From Hyphomonas sp. (GTDB taxonomy: Bacteria > Pseudomonadota > Alphaproteobacteria > Caulobacterales > Hyphomonadaceae): 64,000 bases of DNA. The stretch spans positions 6,635 to 70,634 of the forward strand of contig NZ_JBDNGN010000014.1 in NCBI RefSeq assembly GCF_041689225.1. Direction: 5' to 3'. Shown here piece after piece: positions 56,691 to 64,000 of the stretch; the stretch's first letter is position 1, and each line of letters begins with the position of its first letter. The notes beneath the pieces were generated by a model that was given only the letters and a program-made list of their open reading frames with translations, did no database searches and was not told the DNA's origin. A program made the translations under genes and the position numbers.

Positions 56691-57892
56691 CGGTCAACCT
56701 CACCGAACACGATATCGAGCGAGCCGAGGATGGCCGAGACGTCTGCCAACATGTGGCCCTTCGACAGATGGTCCATGGCCTGAAGGTGCGGGAAGCCCGG
56801 CGCGCGAACCTTGGCGCGATATGGCTTGTTGGTGCCGTCAGAGACCAGGTAGACGCCGAACTCGCCCTTCGGCGCTTCAATCGGAGCATAGCATTCGCCC
56901 GCCGGCACGCGGAAGCCTTCCGTGTAAAGCTTGAAATGGTGGATCAGCGCTTCCATCGAATTCTTCATCTCGGCACGCCGCGGCGGCGCAACCTTCGAAT
57001 GTTTCGGCAGGACAGGTCCGGGACCTTCCTTCGCCAATAGTTCGATACATTGCTGGATGATCTTGGTGGATTCCTTCATCTCCTCCATGCGGCAGACATA
57101 GCGGTCATAATTGTCGCCATTCTTGCCAACCGGGATTTTGAAGTCGAGTTCATCATAGCACTCATAGGGTTGCGAGCGGCGCAGGTCCCAAACGAGGCCC
57201 GAGCCACGCACCATCACGCCGGTAAAACCCCAGTCCATGATCGTCTTCACGTCGACAACGCCGATATCGGCATTGCGCTGCTTGAAGATACGGTTCTCGG
57301 TTATCAGCGATTCCAGCCGGTTCATCGCCACCGGGAAGTGAAGGCACCATTCGGCAATATCGTCGAACAGGGATTGCGGCAGGTCCTGGTGCACGCCGCC
57401 CGGACGGAAATACGCCGCGTGCATGCGGCTGCCCGAGGCCCGCTCATAGAACACGCACAGCTTTTCACGCTCTTCAAAGCCCCAGGTGATGGGGGTCAGC
57501 GCACCGACATCCATCGCCTGCGTCGTCACGTTGAGGATGTGCGACATGATCCGGCCAATCTCGGAGAACATCACGCGGATCAGGCTCGCGCGGCGCGGCA
57601 CCTTGATGCCCATCAGCTTCTCGATGGACAGGCACCAAGCATGCTCCTGGTTCATCGGCGAACAATAATCAAGCCGGTCGAAATATGGCAGACCTTGCAG
57701 GAAGGTCTTGTATTCAAGCAGTTTTTCTGTGCCGCGATGTAGCAGGCCGATATGGCTGTCGATCCGGGTGACGACTTCGCCATCAAGATCCATGATCATG
57801 CGCAGCACGCCGTGCGCGGCCGGGTGCTGCGGCCCGAAGTTCAGCGTGAACTTGCGCTCGTCGTCGATAGAGGTGTGGGTCGTGTCGGCCAT
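56687..57892 (-). CDS. nuoD: NADH-quinone oxidoreductase subunit D
   Basis: [50 protein letters not shown]. Confidence 0.99.
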   Translation of the reverse strand: MADTTHTSIDDERKFTLNFGPQHPAAHGVLRMIMDLDGEVVTRIDSHIGLLHRGTEKLLEYKTFLQGLPYFDRLDYCSPMNQEHAWCLSIEKLMGIKVPRRASLIRVMFSEIGRIMSHILNVTTQAMDVGALTPITWGFEEREKLCVFYERASGSRMHAAYFRPGGVHQDLPQSLFDDIAEWCLHFPVAMNRLESLITENRIFKQRNADIGVVDVKTIMDWGFTGVMVRGSGLVWDLRRSQPYECYDELDFKIPVGKNGDNYDRYVCRMEEMKESTKIIQQCIELLAKEGPGPVLPKHSKVAPPRRAEMKNSMEALIHHFKLYTEGFRVPAGECYAPIEAPKGEFGVYLVSDGTNKPYRAKVRAPGFPHLQAMDHLSKGHMLADVSAILGSLDIVFGEVDR

Positions 57893-58512
57893 TATTCAGG
57901 TGCCTCCTCGGAGACGGCTTTCTCGTCGCCGGGAATCTCGACTGGCATGCCTTCCCAGGGCGAAAGAAAATCGAAGTTCCGGTATTCCTGCGTTAATTGC
58001 ACCGGCTCGTAGATCACGCGTTTTTCGAGATCATCGTAGCGAACCTCATAATGGCCCGTCAGCGGGAAATCCTTGCGCAGCGGATAACCCTCGAATCCGT
58101 AATCGGTGAGAAGGCGGCGCAGGTCCGGGTGGTCGGAAAACTGGATCCCGTACATGTCGAAGGCTTCGCGCTCGAACCAGTTGGCCGCAGGCCAAAGCAC
58201 CGTGGCGCTCGGCACCGGCGTTTCCTCATCGGTGCGGATGCGCACCCGGATGCGGTGGTTCATGCGCATCGACAGGAGATGGTATACGACTTCGAACCGG
58301 TCGGACCGTTCCGGATAATCGACCCCGCAAATGTCGATCAGCGTTTCGAAATTGCATTGCTGGTCGTCGCGCAGGAAGCGCAGCAGGTGCACGATATGGT
58401 CGCGCTCGGCCAGCAGGGTCAGCTCGCCGACAGCGATCTGCGACACGCGAACGGCATCGTTCTGAGTCGCCTTGATATGAGCAGCGAGGTCTTCCAGCGC
58501 TTCGATATTCAT
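57892..58512 (-). CDS. nuoC: NADH-quinone oxidoreductase subunit C
   Basis: [43 protein letters not shown]. Confidence 0.98.
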   Translation of the reverse strand: MNIEALEDLAAHIKATQNDAVRVSQIAVGELTLLAERDHIVHLLRFLRDDQQCNFETLIDICGVDYPERSDRFEVVYHLLSMRMNHRIRVRIRTDEETPVPSATVLWPAANWFEREAFDMYGIQFSDHPDLRRLLTDYGFEGYPLRKDFPLTGHYEVRYDDLEKRVIYEPVQLTQEYRNFDFLSPWEGMPVEIPGDEKAVSEEAPE

Positions 58513-58522
58513 CTTGGTTCCC

Positions 58523-59098
58523 CTAGCGCTCGATCGAGCCTTCGCGGCGGATTTTCTTCTGCAGTTGCAGGAAGCCATAGACCAGCGCTTCAGCTGTCGG
58601 CGGGCACCCGGGTACGTAAATATCGACCGGAACGATCCGGTCACATCCCCGCACAACCGAATAGCTATAGTGGTAATAGCCGCCGCCATTGGCGCAGCTG
58701 CCCATGGAAATCACATAGCGGGGCTCCGGCATCTGGTCGTAGACCTTGCGCAAGGCCGGCGCCATCTTGTTGGTCAGCGTGCCGGCAACGATCATCACGT
58801 CCGACTGACGCGGCGAACCGCGCGGCGCCATGCCGAAACGCTCAAGGTCATAGCGCGGGTTGCCCGCGTGCATCATCTCGATCGCGCAACACGCCAGGCC
58901 GAACGTCATCCACATCAGAGAACCGGTGCGCGCCCAGGCGATCAGGTCGTCGGCGCCAGCCGTGAAATAGCCCTTGTCGGCCAGTGAGTCTGACAGGCCA
59001 TTGTAGAACGGGTCGTCGTCGCGAGGCACAAAGCCCCCTTCAACCCCTGCCCGGGCACCGCCCAGCGCGTATTTTTTGAAACCGTCATCTGCCATCAT
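58523..59098 (-). CDS. nuoB: NADH-quinone oxidoreductase subunit B
   Basis: [54 protein letters not shown]. Confidence 0.99.
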   Translation of the reverse strand: MMADDGFKKYALGGARAGVEGGFVPRDDDPFYNGLSDSLADKGYFTAGADDLIAWARTGSLMWMTFGLACCAIEMMHAGNPRYDLERFGMAPRGSPRQSDVMIVAGTLTNKMAPALRKVYDQMPEPRYVISMGSCANGGGYYHYSYSVVRGCDRIVPVDIYVPGCPPTAEALVYGFLQLQKKIRREGSIER

Positions 59099-59469
59099 TC
59101 CCACTCCAGCGCACCGCGGCGCCATTCATAGACGAATCCGATGGTCAGCACGCCCAGGAAGACGACCATCGACCAGAACCCGACCAGGCCGATCGTGCCC
59201 AGCGTGATGGCCCAGGGAAACAGGAACGCGACTTCGAGATCGAAGATGATGAACAGAATGGCAACGAGATAGAATCGCACGTCGAATTTCATCCGCGCAT
59301 CGTCGAACGCGTTGAAACCGCACTCATAGGCCGAGTTCTTCTCAGGATCAGGGTTTGACGGCGCCAACAGCGCGGAACCTGCAATGAACAGGCCCGAAAT
59401 CGCCGCGCCAATCACCAGGAATATGATCACCGGAAAATAATCCAGTGCAAGCCGTTCTATCTCGGTCAT
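59095..59469 (-). CDS. nuoA: NADH-quinone oxidoreductase subunit A
   Basis: [39 protein letters not shown]. Confidence 0.99.
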   Translation of the reverse strand: MTEIERLALDYFPVIIFLVIGAAISGLFIAGSALLAPSNPDPEKNSAYECGFNAFDDARMKFDVRFYLVAILFIIFDLEVAFLFPWAITLGTIGLVGFWSMVVFLGVLTIGFVYEWRRGALEWE

Positions 59470-59514
59470 GTTCAGTGTCTCCTGACCTTGTCTGGCGCCG
59501 GATTAGGACGGTTT

Positions 59515-59657
59515 TGCCCGTCACGCAACAGACGGGCACATTATATCTCGGAGCGTGACTCTACCGCCTTCAGTACCTTAATTCACGTGCCAATAGCTGC
59601 GGCGGTGCGTCACGCACGGGCACTCTACCACGGCTGACGCGCTACGCCGAACGGGCA
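59515..59657. promoter_or_regulatory. nuoA upstream region: TATAAT (-10, minus strand 59545-59540), 8-bp inverted repeat 59515-59538 and repeated motifs
   Basis: TGCCCGTC-N8-GACGGGCA; palindrome TGCGT-C-ACGCA at 59606-59616; repeated GTCACGC, ACGGGCA and ACTCTACC. Confidence 0.5.
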
Positions 59658-59701
59658 GGCCTGAAAGCGCTCAGAAATTTGCTGAAAACGGCAATCCCGG
59701 T

Positions 59702-60337
59702 TCAGATCGCAGCCAGCGCCTTGCGCGCTTTGGCACTGATTCCCTTCCAGTCTTCAGCAGCAATGTCGGCGCCCGTCGCAATCCACGAGCCTCCGGCCGC
59801 GAAAACATTGGGAAGGGCGAGGTATTTGCCGACATCCGCCTCGGTAATGCCGCCTGTCGGCATGAAGCGCAGGTGCGGCAGCGGAGCGCCAAGCGCCTTG
59901 AGCGCGCTGACCCCGCCGGCAATCGAGGCCGGAAACAGCTTCAACAGGTCAAACCCGTCTTCGTGCCGGGCCATGGCCTCGCTGGCTGTCGCAACGCCGG
60001 GAATCATCAGGCGGCGGTGGCCGCCTAATCCGGCCAATAATTTTGGCGACATGCCCGGCGCCACGAGGAAATCTGCACCGGCCGCCAAGGCGTTCTCGAC
60101 ATCGGATTCGGTCAACACGGTACCCGCCCCGACCTTCAGTCCAGGCTCGGCAGATTTCATCTCTTCGATAACCGCCAGTCCCGAAGGTGTTCGCAGCGTG
60201 ACTTCGGCAATTGTCAGGCCGCCATCAACGAGCGCCCGCGCAAGGGGGGCCGCAACTTCAATGCGGTCGACGACCAGAACGGGCACAATCGGCGCCTTGG
60301 TCGCGGCCTCCACGAGTGATCTCAGGGGGAACGTCAT
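59702..60337 (-). CDS. eda: KDPG/KHG aldolase
   Basis: PIVPV, EVTLRT, GAGTV, LKLFPA...GG...LKAL..P, F.PTGGI; TAATG-coupled to glk. Confidence 0.97.
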   Translation of the reverse strand: MTFPLRSLVEAATKAPIVPVLVVDRIEVAAPLARALVDGGLTIAEVTLRTPSGLAVIEEMKSAEPGLKVGAGTVLTESDVENALAAGADFLVAPGMSPKLLAGLGGHRRLMIPGVATASEAMARHEDGFDLLKLFPASIAGGVSALKALGAPLPHLRFMPTGGITEADVGKYLALPNVFAAGGSWIATGADIAAEDWKGISAKARKALAAI

Positions 60338-61302
60338 TACTTTATCTCCTGTTCGTGGAAAGCCGCAGCTCCGATCAACGGCGCTTCCGGGTCGCGCATC
60401 AGGCTGACCGGACAATTGCGCAAATATCGGCAGAGCGGACCGCGCTCAAAAAACCGTTCGCATGCTTCGGGTGATTTCAGGAAGTCTGTAATACGATCGG
60501 TGACGCCGCCGGCCAGAACCACACCGCCAAGCGCCCCGTTTGCAAGCACGAGATCGCCTACGGCGGTCATGACCGTATTTGCCCGCAACTGGATGAGCGA
60601 ACGGAACATTTCATCGCCCGCGTCGGCCAGCCGGCGCATCTCTTGCGGACCGGTCTCCTTGTACGTCCGGGCGTGCATCTCGCAGAACGCCTCATGCACG
60701 GCATTGAGTCCGCTACCAGACGCGACAAGCTCATTCGAAACATAGCCATGCCGTGCCAGCAGGATCCGCGCGAGTTCCAGTTCGGTATCGTCACGTGGCG
60801 AGAACGCCACATGCCCACCCTCGCCGCTCAGGACATGCCAGGTCGATTCGCCGCTTCCGAGCAGCGTCGCGACGCCAAAACCCGTGCCGGGGCCAGCGAC
60901 GAGGACGGGAGCCCCTTGCCGCGGTGTACCTTCAACAATGGTCTCGAAAGTGGCTGGGTCAAACTCCGGCACGGCGCGCGCCATGGCGGCAAAGTCATTG
61001 AGAAGATTCACGGCCCCGATGCCGAACCGATCGGATACATGGCGTGCAGACACATGCCAACGGCGATTGGTCAGCAGGACTTCGCCTGCGCGCACAGGAC
61101 CGGCGAGCGCAAAACAGGCATGGTCCGGTTTCAGGCCGGTTGTCTCGAGGTAGGACGCCAGCGCGTCCTCGAATGATCCGAAATCGTCGCCTTCCAGTTT
61201 TTCAAAATGATCGATGACAAACCGGCCGGTTGATCGATGGGCCATCGCAAAGCGGACATTGGTTCCCCCAACGTCGCCAACCAGCAACTCATCCATCACC
61301 AT
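60337..61302 (-). CDS. glk: Glucokinase
   Basis: GDVGGTN.RFA, L.NDF.A.A, GPGTG.GVA, EGGH..F, GGV.LAGG. Confidence 0.96.
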   Translation of the reverse strand: MVMDELLVGDVGGTNVRFAMAHRSTGRFVIDHFEKLEGDDFGSFEDALASYLETTGLKPDHACFALAGPVRAGEVLLTNRRWHVSARHVSDRFGIGAVNLLNDFAAMARAVPEFDPATFETIVEGTPRQGAPVLVAGPGTGFGVATLLGSGESTWHVLSGEGGHVAFSPRDDTELELARILLARHGYVSNELVASGSGLNAVHEAFCEMHARTYKETGPQEMRRLADAGDEMFRSLIQLRANTVMTAVGDLVLANGALGGVVLAGGVTDRITDFLKSPEACERFFERGPLCRYLRNCPVSLMRDPEAPLIGAAAFHEQEIK

Positions 61303-63138
61303 TCAAGACTCCTCGCCAAAGAACGAAAACTGGCTGGCGCCCGAGTCCGCCGTTCCGGCCATCTGCCGGAAATAGGAGAACATTTCCCGGCCAAGACCGA
61401 CCGACGATTCATTCGGCCTAAACGGGGCCGGCTCACGCGAGGCAAAGGTCTCGCTGTCCACCTTGATATCAAGCGTCCCTTTTTCGGAATCGAATGCGAT
61501 CAGGTCTCCGTCCTGGACCCGCGCCAAGGGTCCGCCGCGCGCCGCTTCGGGGCTCATATGGATAGCAGATGGAATCTTGCCGCTCGCACCGGACATGCGA
61601 CCATCGGTAACAAGTGCGATTTTGAACCCCCTGTCCTGCAGGATGCCGAGCACAGGCGTCAGCCCGTGCAGTTCCGGCATCCCATTGGCCGCCGGCCCCT
61701 GGAACCGGACCACGGCGACAAAGTCGCGGTCCAGTTTTCCGGCTTCGAACGCCGCTTTCAGCGCGCCTTGTGTCTCGAACACGATCGCTGGCGCTTCCAG
61801 AACGCGATTGGCGGGCTTCACCGCAGAGACCTTGCTGACGCCCCGGCCCAGCGGACCGCTCATCAAGCGCAGTCCGCCATCCTCTGAAAACGGATCGGAT
61901 GCGGGCCGCAGGATTTCCAGGTCGCCACTCTTTTCCGGCGCGGCGCGCCAGACGACCTTCCCGCCATCCAGGTAGGGCTCGCGATCATAGCCCGAGATGG
62001 GACCTGCCACCCCCTGCGCGCCCCCATCCATCAGCCCTGCCCCCAGCAATTCGCGGACAAGAAAACCCATCCCGCCGGCCGCATGAAAATGGTTCACGTC
62101 CGAAGGTCCGTTCGGATAGATGCGCGCCAGCAAGGGCGTCACTGCACTGATTTCGGCGAAATCCTCCAGCGTGACCTGGATGCCCGCAGCGGCGGCCATC
62201 GCTGGAATGTGCAACGCATGATTGGTCGACCCGCCGGTCGCCATGAGGCCGACAATCCCGTTCACGACAGACCGCTCGTCAATCAGTTCGCCCATGGGAC
62301 GGTAGTCATCGCCCTGCGCTGTAATGGCAGCAGCACGATGCGTCGCTGCGCGCGTCAGCCCCTCGCGCAGCGACGTTCCGGGATTGGTGAAGGCCGCGCC
62401 CGGAAGGTGCAGGCCCATGACCTCCATCAGCATCTGGTTGGAATTGGCCGTGCCGTAGAACGTACAGGTGCCCTGCGTGTGATAGCTTTCGGCTTCCGCG
62501 CGGAGCAGTTGCTCGCGGTCCACCTTGCCCTCGGCAAACAGCTGGCGGATGCGCACCTTCTCTGGGTTGGGCAGGCCAGACGGCATCGGCCCTGCTGGCA
62601 CGAAGACCGACGGCAGCCAGCCAAACCGAAGCGCTGCTATCACAAGGCCCGGAATGATCTTGTCGCACACGCCGAGATGCAGCGCTGCGTCGAAGACGTC
62701 ATGGCTCAGCCCGATCGCTGAGGCCATTGCGATTACATCTCGCGAAAACAGCGAAAGCTCCATGCCCTCCTGGCCTTGCGTGACGCCGTCGCACATGGCC
62801 GGCACCCCACCCGCCACCTGTGCAATCGCGCCTGCTTCGCGCGCCGCCCTGCGAATGATATCCGGATAATGCTCAAACGGCGCATGCGCCGACAGCATGT
62901 CATTATAGGAGGTGATGATGCCGATATTGGGCCAGCCGCCGCCGAGCAGTTCTGCCTTCTCCATAACAGCACAGCCGGCCGAGGCATGGGCCAGGTTACC
63001 CTCGGTCATCTTCATCCGCGCAAACCCGTCGGGGCGACGCGCCCGGATCATGTCCAGATAGGCGGCGCGCGTGTCCTTCGACCGAAGACGAATGCGGTCC
63101 GTTACAGACGCGATGGCGAGATTCATGTGTGTCATCAT
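61303..63138 (-). CDS. edd: 6-phosphogluconate dehydratase
   Basis: [66 protein letters not shown]. Confidence 0.98.
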   Translation of the reverse strand: MMTHMNLAIASVTDRIRLRSKDTRAAYLDMIRARRPDGFARMKMTEGNLAHASAGCAVMEKAELLGGGWPNIGIITSYNDMLSAHAPFEHYPDIIRRAAREAGAIAQVAGGVPAMCDGVTQGQEGMELSLFSRDVIAMASAIGLSHDVFDAALHLGVCDKIIPGLVIAALRFGWLPSVFVPAGPMPSGLPNPEKVRIRQLFAEGKVDREQLLRAEAESYHTQGTCTFYGTANSNQMLMEVMGLHLPGAAFTNPGTSLREGLTRAATHRAAAITAQGDDYRPMGELIDERSVVNGIVGLMATGGSTNHALHIPAMAAAAGIQVTLEDFAEISAVTPLLARIYPNGPSDVNHFHAAGGMGFLVRELLGAGLMDGGAQGVAGPISGYDREPYLDGGKVVWRAAPEKSGDLEILRPASDPFSEDGGLRLMSGPLGRGVSKVSAVKPANRVLEAPAIVFETQGALKAAFEAGKLDRDFVAVVRFQGPAANGMPELHGLTPVLGILQDRGFKIALVTDGRMSGASGKIPSAIHMSPEAARGGPLARVQDGDLIAFDSEKGTLDIKVDSETFASREPAPFRPNESSVGLGREMFSYFRQMAGTADSGASQFSFFGEES

Positions 63139-63845
63139 GGGGCCCATATGATTGTGAGGCGGGGGCCGAGCCCATCAACGGCGAATCGGATTGGGCGGTC
63201 ATCGGGTTCCGATTTGAGAGACGCGTTCAACACCTCCCGCTTCTCGTCGCCGAAAATCAGGAGGATGGCCGCATCGGAGTCGATGATCGCTGGCCCCGTC
63301 AGCGTCAGCCGTTCCGTCAGGTCCCCGGCGACGGGACAGCCGGTCGCATCAATCGCGGCAACGATCTCTCCATTCTTGGCATGCATGGCGCCTGTCAGGC
63401 CGCCGGCTTTTGGAAACCAGCTTGCGGTATGCCCATCACTCCCCATGCCCAAAAGGATCAGATCAATCGGGTCGGAATGCGGCCCGTAGGCGAGATTCCG
63501 GTCAGCAACAGCAGCAACGGCTGTCTGCGCGGCAGTCTTCATCGGCACGAATCCGGCAGCCCCAGCCTTGCCGGTCAGCAAATGACTGCGCACCAGGCGC
63601 TCATTCGATCCTGGATGATCCGAGCTGACCCACCGTTCGTCGACAAGACCGACGGTCACCCGGCTCCACGCCATATCTGTGTGCGCAAGCCGGTCTAACA
63701 CGGGCGCGGGGGTTGATCCTCCCGACACCATGAAACAGGCTTTTCCGGACTCCTCGATCGCAGCCGACAAAACGCCCACGGCCATGCGCGCGGCAAAATC
63801 AGCGGCCTCGTCTCGGCTCGAATGCGTCAGGAATTCGTGTTTCAT
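63135..63845 (-). CDS. pgl: 6-phosphogluconolactonase
   Basis: SGGSTP, LVDERWV...H..SN, LGMG.DGHTAS.FP, R.TLT. Confidence 0.96.
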   Translation of the reverse strand: MKHEFLTHSSRDEAADFAARMAVGVLSAAIEESGKACFMVSGGSTPAPVLDRLAHTDMAWSRVTVGLVDERWVSSDHPGSNERLVRSHLLTGKAGAAGFVPMKTAAQTAVAAVADRNLAYGPHSDPIDLILLGMGSDGHTASWFPKAGGLTGAMHAKNGEIVAAIDATGCPVAGDLTERLTLTGPAIIDSDAAILLIFGDEKREVLNASLKSEPDDRPIRFAVDGLGPRLTIIWAP

Positions 63846-64000
63846 ACGCCTATTTCCCTTCGAACCACTCACGCCCATCGCGGTCCATCATCATCGCGGC
63901 CGCGAGCGGTCCATTGCTGCCGGCAGCGTAGAGATCCGGCGCATCGCCGTAACGATCCCAGGCGTCGATCAGGCCGTCGACCCAAGTCCACGCAGCTTCC
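63842..64000 (-). CDS. zwf: Glucose-6-phosphate dehydrogenase, C-terminal end (partial, runs off the window)
   Basis: EAAW.WVD....AW......P..Y.AGS.GP.A....RDGR.W*; ATGA overlap with pgl. Confidence 0.92.

Noticed and set aside
59515-59538. Hairpin read as a terminator for eda or as a tRNA/sRNA
   Set aside because: No U-tract follows on either strand, and there are no tRNA A/B-box or CCA features; kept only as a candidate operator.

Overview
High-GC alphaproteobacterial chromosomal segment. Protein style and gene order suggest Caulobacterales/Hyphomonadaceae (Hyphomonas-like); this is an inference, not a database result. Most of the window is conserved core genome. It contains pyrG-secG-tpiA (-), ppiD-trpE-trpG and trpD-trpC-lexA (+), and gltX-gltA (+). 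An unbroken minus-strand run of about 45 kb follows, read in transcription order as zwf(partial)-pgl-edd-glk-eda, nuoA-N with two extra small genes, birA-coaX-rnj-mce-DUF1467-proS-lolE-lolD-dnaE, and rpsB-tsf-pyrH-frr-uppS-cdsA-dxr-rseP-bamA-skp-lpxD-lpxA-lpxI-lpxB. I found no rRNA, tRNA, CRISPR array, transposase, integrase or prophage gene, and I cannot support a claim of a large new system. The best leads are modest: (1) a DUF1365 + Cfa-like methyltransferase pair that looks like the ufaO/ufaM furan-fatty-acid module; (2) an internally deleted, frameshifted comEC remnant between lexA and gltX; (3) a TrpD with non-canonical PRPP-binding loops; (4) NTF2/SnoaL and VOC genes translationally coupled inside the complex I operon; (5) a dense array of repeated motifs upstream of nuoA; (6) two other broken accessory ORFs; (7) genes missing from the usual synteny (fabZ, moaC/moeA, kdsA/eno). 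Where the ORF track used an upstream alternative start, I give the start I consider more likely.
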